The translations under genes were made by a program, and so were the position numbers. Below are positions 11,264-23,600 of a stretch of DNA of 64,000 bases, in pieces (positions within the stretch are counted from its first letter, which is position 1; each line of letters starts with the position of its first letter). The notes under the pieces were generated by a model. It saw only the letters and a list, made by a program, of their open reading frames with translations, was not told the origin of the DNA and made no database searches. The stretch comes from Phoronis australis (taxonomy: Eukaryota; Animalia; Phoronida), in the NCBI GenBank assembly GCA_002633005.1, contig NMRA01000201.1, positions 641,557-705,556 of the forward strand. The letters are read 5' to 3'.

Positions 11264-12366
11264 CTAGAACAAGAAACGATTTGCAGCAACAGCTTAGCAG
11301 TCTCATCTCAAATAAAACTAATAGCACTGAAGAGGTACACCCACTGAGGAATCCATTGAATGACCCTCAGTTTCGACAGGAAAAATTAAGGAGGACTAAG
11401 CCTCAGACGGTACCAAAGGCGAAGATCTACTGCATTTCGCAGACTCCAACAAATTTTCTTGTAGAACTTCAGCAATGTTAGCTGTATTTTTATCCAGTCA
11501 CAAATCGGGTTACGCGCCCCTCTCTGTCACAGTCTACTGTCTTGCCAACAGGTCAACGAGCAATTACCGCAAATGTTAAAGAGACATAATTATATAATAT
11601 AACATTCCCCCATATTTGGGAACCTGGGATTTATTGTTGACCCAAACAGCGCAGTACCCAGCGTTTTGTAGCAAACTGGTGTCCACGAGAAACTTTATGA
11701 CAATCTCCATTATCCAGAGAAATTTCAACCAAGGTACTACATGTAGTAACATGCAAGACTGTCAATACATGTAGTTACACCGCTGGACAAGAGGTCATCG
11801 GGCGCTCATGCATTCGTAAATAGTTCCTGTTAGATGCTGTTTTCACAAAGAATGAAAAACATTCTGACACACTCGTTCGTCATATCTCACATGGCGGAAA
11901 TTTTATAGAAGAACGGCATGGCCCATAAGATGCGCCTTGTCTGCGTAGTAAACGTGGAGAATATATTGGCGATTCTCAATAGCTGACTATTTGTAAGACA
12001 TAAATATAGATTATTAATTTTGTTGCGAATGGACCTGGGTTCTAGCTGCATATATGTCAAAACACTCGAGCTGAAATTTGGCGACAAGGTGCCCGCGGCC
12101 ATTACGTGGTTAGTCAGTTTTCCGCGGTGTGACGTATGGAGAAACATGGTGTCCGATATTTAGGTTCTCCGAAGGTTTGGTTGTTGTGTTTTTTGAAGAT
12201 CAGTCGGAACATGAATATGGCTTTCAGTGACAAGATATAGTAACAGAACAATTCCGTGAAGGTAAATCTTTATTTCAGCAAAGAATTTACAACAATCCGT
12301 AATATTTTCAATTAAATATAATGCAAAATGTGCCAAAACGTCCGATAATTAGGTCACTTGACTGTA

Positions 12367-12901
12367 NNNNNNNNNNNNNNNNNNNNNNNNNNNNNNNNNN
12401 NNNNNNNNNNNNNNNNNNNNNNNNNNNNNNNNNNNNNNNNNNNNNNNNNNNNNNNNNNNNNNNNNNNNNNNNNNNNNNNNNNNNNNNNNNNNNNNNNNNN
12501 NNNNNNNNNNNNNNNNNNNNNNNNNNNNNNNNNNNNNNNNNNNNNNNNNNNNNNNNNNNNNNNNNNNNNNNNNNNNNNNNNNNNNNNNNNNNNNNNNNNN
12601 NNNNNNNNNNNNNNNNNNNNNNNNNNNNNNNNNNNNNNNNNNNNNNNNNNNNNNNNNNNNNNNNNNNNNNNNNNNNNNNNNNNNNNNNNNNNNNNNNNNN
12701 NNNNNNNNNNNNNNNNNNNNNNNNNNNNNNNNNNNNNNNNNNNNNNNNNNNNNNNNNNNNNNNNNNNNNNNNNNNNNNNNNNNNNNNNNNNNNNNNNNNN
12801 NNNNNNNNNNNNNNNNNNNNNNNNNNNNNNNNNNNNNNNNNNNNNNNNNNNNNNNNNNNNNNNNNNNNNNNNNNNNNNNNNNNNNNNNNNNNNNNNNNNN
12901 N
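12367..12901. other. Assembly gap (N run)
   Basis: Run of Ns; ORFs spanning it are artefacts. Confidence 0.99.
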
Positions 12902-13104
12902 ACAAGTCAAGGCTTCGCAGCACTGGCTGGAGCATAAACAGACATTACGTCGGACGTTTTGTTTGAGTAGGCTTGTGAACGTACGGTCGGGATTAATAAA
13001 GGATTAACTCGAACCAGTCTTCAGTCAATCTTCGCACCGAAAGCTATTAGCACCGGTCTGTAACAACCTGCGCCCACCCACACACGGGGGAAAACGTGAC
13101 AGGC

Positions 13105-13218
13105 AGAGTTAGCCAAGATTTTGCCCGTCAGACTGCCGCCCCCCCCCCGAACGGCCAAATGAAATCTGGGAGAATTTAAGGGGGGCATAGTCCCCTTGCT
13201 CCCCCAAATCCGCCACTG
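13105..13218. mobile_element. Partial copy of the MITE family at 6602-6761
   Basis: AGCCAAGATTTTGCCCGTC...GCCAAATGAAATCTGGGAGAATTTAAGGGGG...AATCCGCCACTG. Confidence 0.55.
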
Positions 13219-14159
13219 CCTTGGAAGCGTTGAAATCATTTGTATTTTCACTAAGAGGCAACCGGAGACCACTTTCGTTACCGTAATTGGTCCGTATCAA
13301 AAGTCATATTTTTGTCTTTTTCACAACTAACTAAAGCAGCTTTAACTAGGGCGTTGTTTACACAAGCCAGTCGTAATCGCACACAACAATCACAATGAAG
13401 CCATGCATATATATTGTCTACTTAATAACCAAAAATTAGTGTACGTTACCTCCGTTTGTTATTAACAGCAACTGAAATGAAATATTAGAAAATTGCTGAA
13501 ATACATTGCATGACAAAACACGATGTAACATGTTGGAACGGGTGAAAATACAGAAAGATTGAAATTCAATCGATGGGAATTGCAAAATCCAGAACTCAAA
13601 CAATTGGACCTACCTGGACTACCAATAAAACAATAGTGACGAAACACACCATCTTGTATGCCGCGACAAGCTGAAGCCAAATACACCAGTTGTGACATAT
13701 GTATATCTAACAGCTCACCGAGAGGTGTCATACGGTAAATCATTCTTGTCAAATGAAAATAAATGGCGCTAGTTCTAATGACTTTGATCCGCCCCGTCGA
13801 CTTGATTTTGTCACACGTTCTACATAGCCAGGGCTGCTAATTTCCCACCTTCGCGGCCGTGTGCACGGGCGTTCTCATAACTAAAAATGCCCTAGCTCAT
13901 TAAATAGACATCAATTAAAGTTTTTCCAACAGAAAAAAAAACATTTTTGTGATTATTTTTGAACGAGATAAACTTTCAGAAGTTCTTGTCTTTGATCAGA
14001 GAATAAAATCAATTCTTTTGTGGTTTATTCCCTTAGTCTGCCAGGCATTTGTTAAAACAAAGACTGGAGTTTTTGTCGTGGAGGTTTTGCTCTTAAAAGG
14101 ATCTAAAACCCTGTTTGGTGATTTTAACCAATACTCGTCCTGTCACAAGCGAAATGTGT

Positions 14160-14460
14160 GCATGGTCAAACATACATGTAGTCAACCATGGTTAAACCAT
14201 GCACGGTTTGGCTATGGTTGGCCAAGCTTGACCATGGTTTTCATCATAGTTTTACCATGGTTTTGATAATGGCTTGACCATGGTCACATCTCCAACCATG
14301 GTAGACAATGGTAAGACCATGGTTGGCCATGGCCAATCCCCGTTTGGTCATTGTGTATGGTCTAGCTGTTCAAGTCGACCTTAATCAACCATGGTTTATT
14401 TTACTACCGTGGTAAGCCATGCTTTGGTTGACAATGGTAAAGGCATATCGAACCATGGTT
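14160..14460. repeat. ACCATGGT-rich palindromic sub-repeat array (second copy ~17010-17270)
   Basis: Many degenerate (A)CCATGG(T) units at ~11 or ~22 bp spacing. Confidence 0.75.
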
Positions 14461-16309
14461 ATGTTTTATTCTCAACTTTTTTCAATAGCCGCTCAGAAGA
14501 CATCAGGAATAGAAGCGCAAAAACACGCGTACCTGCGCAGCACGACACGACTAAGAGCTGCAGAATAGAGGACGGAGATTGTTTTGGCGCATTTTAACGC
14601 GTTTTCAAATGCGACATATACCTGGTTCACATACTGAATAAAACACTGACGTTTTCGTTAGCAAAAAACGCCACTTAGGTGGACGATGGAAAGGGTATAA
14701 TTTCTGGTGTTTTTCTGGAGGTTTGGATTTCTTTGAAAACTTTCCCGTTTTCCCTAGTCGGTTGTTAGCAATTTAAGCATTGTGATTCAGCCAGTGCAGA
14801 AGTCTACTTACAAAATAACTCCAATTCACAGAAGATTGCATATTAGTACCGCTGGTGTCGCGACAGAAGACACCGTTTGGCTCAGGCATTTTCAGGACAT
14901 TTTGCCTACCGCAAATCGGTAACTGAATTATGTTTTAAATAAACGGTCACAAATTGAGGTTCTCTTTGCCGAACGATCAATGAAATCTCAAATTTCTCTT
15001 CATTGTGTCGGGACTATACAGTAAAGCTAGACGACGACCAAAGCACGCATCAAGCGGGGATGGGGGACAAAACGTAACCTGGGCCGGGACGCCGGGGCAA
15101 AAACCCTAGATGTACGCGAAAGATCATGACAGAAAGGGTTGGGACGAACATGGTGTCAACGGGAGAATTCCCCCCTTTACTTGTAATCCCTTCAATGAAA
15201 CTCCAGGGCGAAACGAGTGAGCAAACAAGGTACGTAATATATAGCATGGGTAGTGCACCAAAGGGGGCTGTAGCCCCTCCCCACTTTTTTCAGTGCTGCG
15301 CCTCCCATTTATATAGTGTTAAGTGTTTGGTCATATTCGTGCCAATCACCGTGATTTCAGTCTCACCGTTGGCGTCACGGTAGGCTACTGTGCGTAATAT
15401 TCTGCAGCTCCATGTCAACATGACAGTTGTGGAAATTCCTATGTGGTGCGACCACAGAACTGATGGCGGCTAGGGAATGTGCGACATATCGGCTTCCTTG
15501 AGAGCCCATTTCTGGCAATAATTCCCTTTCGCCAGTTGGCCTGAGTGAGAGCCTTGGACACAATTATTTTCCTAGTTTATCACTAAATTTTTTTAATTTA
15601 ATGACATAATATTTAAAAAATAACTTAAAGTGGTTAAAAACGCCACCAGGGGGCACAGCGGTAGTCAGATCCAACCAAAATTCATTGTCACTGAGTTAGC
15701 GTCAGCTCTACAGGAAGACAGTTGCCATACATGTATGTTTCAGAAGAACCTCCAAGGCATCTAGGAGATTGCAGGGACGGCCAGACAGAGCCGACAACAA
15801 TATACACCCACGTGTATGTGAGTGTATTGAACCTGCCGCTGCAAAACGGTTGAAAGCGAGTCGGCATAAGTGTACACATTTGTACAATCTTGTGAACCCC
15901 CTGAAATTCCCTCCCTCATAATGGCCTCGCGGGCAATAAATTCATTCGCTGTATGAACGGTGATGCTATATGCCGAGTTAGGTTAATAAAACTTATCAAA
16001 TTTATCACAGAATTTGACAGCAGATGTCAACTCTAAAAACAAATTGAAAAACGTCACTTCAATATGTTACGCGTGTAAAACGAGGGTCAAGGGTTTTTTT
16101 CAAAATGAGGCTAATGCTTGTACTTCTGCCCTGTGGTCAAATTAGCGTTCTGCAGTAGCTACTCATATTAAACATTTAACATTAATCACTTGAAAACTAA
16201 AAAAATTTAATTACTTGGTATTAATTTGTTTTGTAAAGACGAGCGTGATCGACATAAACGGATTATGTTGTCATGATTCTCTATAGACACATTTGAAGCA
16301 GCATTAAGC

Positions 16310-16586
16310 CCCGGGGGTCACTCATATTGACAAGGTGCCCGCAGGCGTGTACCAAAAATTGCGGGTAAGAAGTACTTTTTCAGCACGCCTTTGCGGGACT
16401 GGACCAGCGCCGGATCCAATAGGTCCCTAAATATCCATTTCGTCCCCGCAAGGCAGAAAAATCCACCACACAAAAGGGGGTGGGAATTAGCAGACCTGGC
16501 ACCCGCAATAGGGGAGGCTCTCGGCAATTTTTGATAGGCCTACACGACTGCGGACGCCTTGCCAATATGAGTGACCCCCCTCCGGG
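16310..16586. mobile_element. CCCGGG-ended MITE with ~35-bp TIRs and 8-bp TSD
   Basis: CCCGGGGGTCACTCATATTGACAAGGTGCCCGCAG ... CTGCGGACGCCTTGCCAATATGAGTGACCCCCCTCCGGG; TSD CATTAAGC at 16302-16309 and 16587-16594. Confidence 0.88.
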
Positions 16587-18504
16587 CATTAAGCCTGCAC
16601 TCTCTGAAATACGGTATATTAAGGCCACGCAGTGCAATAAAATCGGTCTCATGTCGTTCCTTACTGACACAGAAACAATGTCAAAGCTTAAGATGAGAAC
16701 TTGTATGTCCGTTATTGTTTCAGACCAGTTCCGTTAAGCTGTTCGTCACGGTGGATTGTCTCAGTTTCAATGGCTGTATAATGGATGACAGGGACATCCC
16801 TGGATATTAATTTTAAGCATTCGGCAAAAACGCGGTGGGGTTGCTTTGCTCCGAAAAGGCAAGTGCGCATGTATAGAATGTTGGTATTCTAGCGGTCTGA
16901 ACAGATACATTTGTAAGGTACTTCACTATTTTTGACGGGGGGGGGGGGGGGNAAAACCCTGTTTTGGTGATTTTAACCAATATTCGTCCTGTCACATGCG
17001 ACATGTGTGCATGGTCAAACATACATGTAGTCAACCATGGTTAAACCACGGTTTGGCTATGGTTGGCCATGCTTGACCATGGTTTTAATCATGGTTTGAC
17101 CATGGTTTTGATAATGGCTTGACCATGGTCATATCTCCAACCATGGTAGACAATGGTAAAACAATGGTTGGTCATGGCCAATCCCCGTTTGGTCATTGAG
17201 TATGGTCTAGCTGCCGTGGTAAGCCATGCTTTGCTCGACAATGGTTAAAAGCATATCGAACCATGGTTAACTGTTTTTTTCTTATTAACTTTTTTCAATA
17301 GCCGCTCAGAAGACATCAGGAATTATAGAAGAGCATAAACACGCGTACCTGCGCAGCACGACACGACTAAGGGCTGCAGAATAGGGGACGGAGATTGTTT
17401 TGGCGCATTTTAACGCGTTTTCAAATGTGACGTATACCTGGTTCACATACTGAATAAAACACTGACGTTTTAGTAAGCAAAAACGCCACTAAGGTGGTAT
17501 AGTGTTAAGTGTTTGGTCATATTCGTGCCAATCACCGTGATTTCAGTCTCACCGTTGACGTCACCGTAAGCTACTGTACGTAATTTTCTGTAGCTCCAAG
17601 AGTTGTGGAAATTCCCAAGCCGTGGTGCCACCACAGAACTGATGGCGACTGGGGTATTTGCGACATATCCGGGCTTCTTTGAGAGCCCATTTCTGGCAAC
17701 AATTCACTTTCAGAAGCTCAGGGTCCCTTTCGCCAGTTGACCTGACTGAGAGCCCTGGACACAATGATTTTACTAGTTCATCACTAAATTTTTATAATTT
17801 AATGACATAATATTTAAAAAATAACTTAAAGTGGTTAAAAACGCCACCAGGGGGCACAGCGGTAGTCAGATCCAACCAAAATTCATTGTCACTAAGTTAG
17901 CATCAGCTCTACAGGAAGACAGCTGTCATACATGTATGTTTCAGAAGAACCTCCAAGGCATCTAGGAGATTGCAGGGATGGCCAGACAGAGCCGACATCA
18001 ATATACACCCACGTGTATGTGAGTATATTGAACCTGCCGCAGCAAAACGGTTGAAAGCGAGTCGGCATAAGTGTACACATTTGTACAATCTTGTGAACAA
18101 ATTCTCTCCCTCATAATGGCCTCGCGGGCAAAAAATTCATTCGCTGTATGAACGGTGATGCTATATGCCGAGTTAGGTTAATAAAACTTATCAAATTTAT
18201 CACAGAATTTGACAGCAGATGTCAACTCTAAAAACAAATTTAAAAACGTCACTTCAATATGTTACGCGTGTAAAACGAGGGTCAAGGGTTTTTTTCAAAA
18301 TGAGACTAATGCTTGTACTTCTGCCCTGTGGTCAAATTAGCGTTCTGCAGTAGCTACTCATATTAAATATTCAACATTAATCACTTGAAAACTAAAAAAT
18401 TTTAATTACTTGGTAGTGATTTGTTTTGTAACGACGAGTGTGATCGACATAAACCGATTATGTTGTCATGGTTCTCTATAGACACATTTGAAGCAGCATT
18501 AAGC

Positions 18505-18773
18505 CCCGGGGGGTCACTCATATTGACAAGGTGCCCGCAGGCGTGTACCAAAAATTGCGGGTAAGAAGTACTTTTTCAGCACGCCTTTGCGGGACCAGCG
18601 CCGAATCCAATAGGTCCTTTTCCATTTCGTCCCCGCAAGGCAGAAAAATCCACCACACAAAAGGGGGTGGGAATTAGCAGACCTGGCACCCGCAATAGGG
18701 GAGGCTCTCGGCAATTTTTGATAGGCCTACACGACTGCGGACGCCTTGCCAATATGAGTGACCCCCCTCCGGG
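18505..18773. mobile_element. Second (haplotype) copy of the CCCGGG-ended MITE
   Basis: Same TIRs; TSD CATTAAGC at 18497-18504 and 18774-18781. Confidence 0.85.
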
Positions 18774-20647
18774 CATTAAGCCTGCACTCTCTGAAATACG
18801 GTATATTAAGGCCACGCAGTGCAATAAAATCGGTCTCATGTCGTTCCTTACTGACACAGAAACAATGTCAAAGCTTAAGATGAGAACTTGTATGTCCGTT
18901 ATTGTTTCAGACCAGTTCCGTTAAGCTGTTCGTCACGGTGGATTGTCTCAGTTTCAATGGCTGTATAATGGATGACAGGGACATCCCTGGATATTAATTT
19001 TAAGCATTCGGCAAAAACGCGGTGGGGTTGCTTTGCTCCGAAAAGGCAAGTGCGCATGTATAGAATGTTGGTATTCTAGCGGTCTGAACAGATACATTTG
19101 TAAGGTACTTCACTATTTTTGACGGGGGGGGGGGGGGGNTGCCGCTGGGAAATTGCGATACTCGCTTGAGAGTCAGCACGATAACTGCAAATACGCCTAC
19201 GTCGGCACCCACCTTCCACAGAGCTAGCAGGATAAAAAGGTGGGCTTAGAAACGTTCATCCATAACGCCACGTCAGATTAGGTATACAAATTCAAAACTC
19301 TCATGAGGCGCACCCAACCGGACCAAGAGATTTTATCCCAGTTGAGCGAAAACCGGACTCGCGCAGGGTCCCACTTACGTGTACGCTACATGTAGTTTTA
19401 TAATGTCAAGATGTTTGAGTTGTTAAAATATACTGGAATGTCCGTAGCCCGGGCGTAACTCTCATTTGTCAGTGGACTTGCAATTTAGTGGTCGGGTTCA
19501 GCCAATAGCTACCTGCACGAATGTCAGTAATCCAGGAACACACAAAAATGCAGCTCAATCCCGCCAAGGCGAGAAAAAAAATACGATCGTAAGTACAACT
19601 GGTACGCTTTATCTCCAGACACAGTCCTTAGCAAGTGACCGGCAACGTTACAATGCAGACGACGACTGCAGTAGCATTGCACATCTGTTCGTTCACTGAC
19701 ACTATGCATACATCTAATTTTCAAAATAAACTTGACAACGTCAACAATCTAGGAAATTTCAAAGAACAAAACTGTGGCAAAATTTTCACTAATTTCCGAC
19801 TACAACACATTCCGATTTGGGGTAAATCTCGACAGGTGGTGCTCCACTCAATTTCCATGTTGAGATCACGACAGCTTGCCTTGCACGTCTACTTACAAAT
19901 GACAGCCGCCTGGCGGAATTACTTCATACTAAACTCTAACTGAAGTTCAACAAGTGCATCATTTTATTGTGAGAAAGGTTCTAATACTCTGCGAAATAAC
20001 CCTGTCAAGAATTTCGTTTAAGTTTAACAGAGTCTGACAGAGTTCTATTTTAATAGAACTCTGTCAGACTCTTTAAAAAGCCTCACTAGTTTATTTCCAA
20101 ACTTCTAAGAAAGGGGTCACAATATAAGTGGATCTTTAAGTCTCAAGCCCAGGCAGACGTAAGCCCAACAGACAGTATATTTTTCCAACTCAGATCCCGC
20201 GTGTATTTGCAAACAGGAACGACCAACATTTTACGCATAGACGCTCATTGAAAATCAGAAGTCCCTCCTATCACTAGATTAAGTTAGATGACTGAAAGAC
20301 AGTAATCCTACTACATATCAAACTGAGCAATGATTTAATGAATCAGATTTCAAAAAGGTCAACAAATCAGTAATAATATAGATATGAAGTAGCATGTTTT
20401 GATACCACTTTGAGTTGATGCAAAAAGAAACCAAAATTCTCAACCTGCAATAGCAACCAGGAAGCTGCATTTGGTCTAAATTGCGTTTTAAAATAAATTA
20501 AAATAACTGTTACATTGCATGTGGACAAATAGAAAGTACATTTTAAATAGTACACAAAGTGTTTAATTATTGCCTAAAATAATTTAAAGACTCTTCGAAA
20601 AAGTGAAAGAAACATGGATTCCCTTAGCTAAGCACGTCTGACACATG

Positions 20648-23600
20648 TCAGTCCGAGGCAATGCTGAGCAAACCCTTCAGGAGTCGACAGGCAGGAAGGA
20701 GATGGTGGTCGGTAGGTGGCAGCAGGGGTCCTTCATCGCCCATGTAAATATATCTGGATGCAGTTAAAGTGAAATTATCAGTGAGAAAGGCGACTGTCTG
20801 ATACAAACCTCAGTGCAGGATCGATTCTGGTACTCCTGCAGTTGCAGTCTACCACTCTGCTGGAGGAGTTATCTCCCATGCCATAAATGTATATCAAGCA
20901 TATTCAACTACTGAAGTCACCAGCCTTGATTTCAACCAATGATGACAATTTTAGCATTTATAATAAAATCCCAAAAACACATCAATTTTTGTCGTTTATA
21001 GGTCCAGTTAAAGGTAATTACTACCCCATCCAAGACTAATTCCAAAAATGCACTATCACCCATAAAACGGACAATGTTCCTTTTAAAATAATAAACTTTC
21101 AGCATTCCAAAAACAAAACAACACAGGAACTTCATTTTAACAGAGGCAGCAGTTACTTTTCTGGACATAATAAGCATTCAATTTCTTCTAAAATTACAAA
21201 ATCGTACTTCTTAAATTTTGATTTTAAAGTTCTGTCAATTGTTAAACTAGAACAAATCAAGTTTAACTTAGCTGTCGTGTTGAATCTTCCCCAAGAAGCA
21301 ATCAGTGAACTACATTCAGCCCAAGTTATCATTGGTCACAAGGTGCACAGGGAGGACACTTGCCAAAAATTGAAGATTCAATCAAAAGGTTCCACCACCA
21401 AATATTCAGCAAAACCACGATGGTGTTAGAACATAGTGCTTCCATAAGGTTAAGCATAAGGAATGTAGTGAGTTTCAGAACTTACACTGAATTTCTAATA
21501 TTCAGGTCATGTATGGTCTTATTGACAAGTCTGAGTATTAGCCCAAATATTTAACTATACAGTAGGTTTAAACTTGGTGAAAGTCAACATTTCCTGACAG
21601 TAGCAAGCCTGTAGAGTTTGATTTTTGACTAAATCACAATGTGCCATTAACTGGGTAACACTATCATGTCTTTTTAATGAAATTTAATCAAAAAAGAACT
21701 AATATGAGAACAGCCCCAGAAATCGCTTCACCGTTACATCCAGGTTCTCATCCATTCCCTCGCATACATTCAACAGTAAAACTGATCTCCGAGGAATAGG
21801 AGAGAAACTTTTTGTGCAACGCTCAACTGTCTGCCAGTAAATCCCGGATTAAAATCCGGGTCTCCTAAACGGGAGTCCAGAGCTCAAACCACTGAGCCAC
21901 ACTGTCTTGACAGCACAACATTTTTTACCAATTCAATTTTGCCAAATGTTGTTTTATATAAAGTCATTCTTGACGAAATCTCTAAGACATTGTTACAATA
22001 TTCTAAACGATCATTTCGATTTTGCTTTACGTATCATGAAAATTAAAGTCCTATTTTTTGACAGCTTCTTGCAAAATTTTCAACACTGTTTTGGAAAACA
22101 CTACAAAAAGCATTAGTTTGATATGAGCGCACAAACCATTTCTGAGATATGACGTTCTCCACCTTTTAGCCGAATTTGGACATTTTCATAGGATATATAA
22201 CTTTAATATCACAAATCCTAAATTCCTTTATACTTAGCTTCCATAATTTTAATAACTAGATCACACTCAGTCTGATCGCCATTAACAATTTGACAAGATA
22301 ACTAAAAAGATACGGCAACCTCAGGACCCACAGTACACCTGGTCTCAGTTTGATTTGTGCCTGCTCCTCGGGAGTGTACAGGGGACATGGTGAAGGTGCT
22401 GGCTGTACCCTGGGACTCAGGGCCAGGTGTACTGGGCCATCTGGTATTGACACGAATACCCTCATTAGCTGGGCTAGGCACGTCTTCTGACCGCTGCTCC
22501 TGAAAATGTGATATGCTGTTACGAAACAAATACACCGTGTGCTTTGGTTGTGCTGTGGCACCAGAAGGAGCATCCGGTGTAGAATGATAGAGTCCAATGT
22601 TGTTATGTTTTGAAAACAACATGGACAGATGAAGTAATCAAACGCTTTAGAACCCATTCAATCTTTTTCTCCAAGCGAAAAATGGGTAACAGCGGAATTA
22701 AACAGACACAACATACATTTAATAGCTAAACAACAATTTGAAGGGATTTTGGAAGAACATTCGCCACTGCACAATATCTGGTTTTAAAAACTTGCTGTAC
22801 TTGTTAAAGGGGCATTAACGATGGGAAAGGCATTTTATTAAATCAGCCTCAGTCTAAATTGGATGAAGGCTTTCAGGATTTCTTTTCCGCAATGCTCAAC
22901 ATGACGAACTTACAGACCACAATTTCGACGCGACTACAACCACAATAACACACTCTGCGACACTGGAAACCCCACCATCGCAGCCAAACACTCTAGGCTG
23001 ATCTATATCTCAATTGATATAATGCAAGTCAAACCAGTCACCAAACTGGCAACACAATGGTAAGAATTGGCGATTGGTAATAAAATCACATACATGTACA
23101 ATGACTTCAATCTGCTCTTTGTATAACTCTGGTCAAAGCTGATAACTTCAAGAAGTCTTTTCCATCCAACCTTAGCCCAAAATGCATTTTACGGTCAAAA
23201 AATCTTAATGTCTCTTTAAATGATGTGCCTTTTTAAAAACAGTCATCAAGCAGGCATTTGAATTTTGGGGTTTAAAAAAACAGGTTGCCCAATATTAATA
23301 CAGGTAATCACTCATAAGCAAACAAAATACAGGGCCCACAAATACACTAGGTGGTTAAATACCTCAAACTGAAACATTTTAAGATGCTGTTCTTTACAAA
23401 ACTGAAAATTAAACGGTAGTTATTGCAGCTATGAACAGTCAGTTTAGCACAAAATTTATCATCCCCATTTAAGTTTTGTCTCAAAAGTGAAAATAACGGG
23501 TTACAAGAAACCATCACTTACCGACATGTACATGGAAAATACAGGGGCATATCACTGGAGAGGATTTTACCGGCCGTTTCCTGAAAAGAAAATTATACAT

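Larger units (their letters stand above)
14105..19138. repeat. Tandem near-duplicate (14105-16951 / 16953-19138), probably uncollapsed haplotypes
   Basis: Both copies begin AAAACCCTGTTT(T)GGTGATTTTAACC and end at a poly-G run followed by a single N (16952, 19139). They differ by scattered substitutions and indels; copy 1 has an extra ~630 bp (14683-15311). Confidence 0.9.

Noticed and set aside
12308-13007. Long ORFs of 193-228 aa in the ORF track (also 48613-49011)
   Set aside because: They only run through N gaps.
16318-16737. Repeated ORFs at 16.3-16.7 kb and 18.5-18.9 kb suggesting a gene family
   Set aside because: Chance ORFs across a GC-rich MITE, repeated only because of the haplotype duplication.
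19140-19264. Signal-peptide-like stretch (AHLFILLALWKVGA) as first exon of the Kunitz gene
   Set aside because: In-frame TAA after the ATG and no phase-1 donor to join exon 11263.
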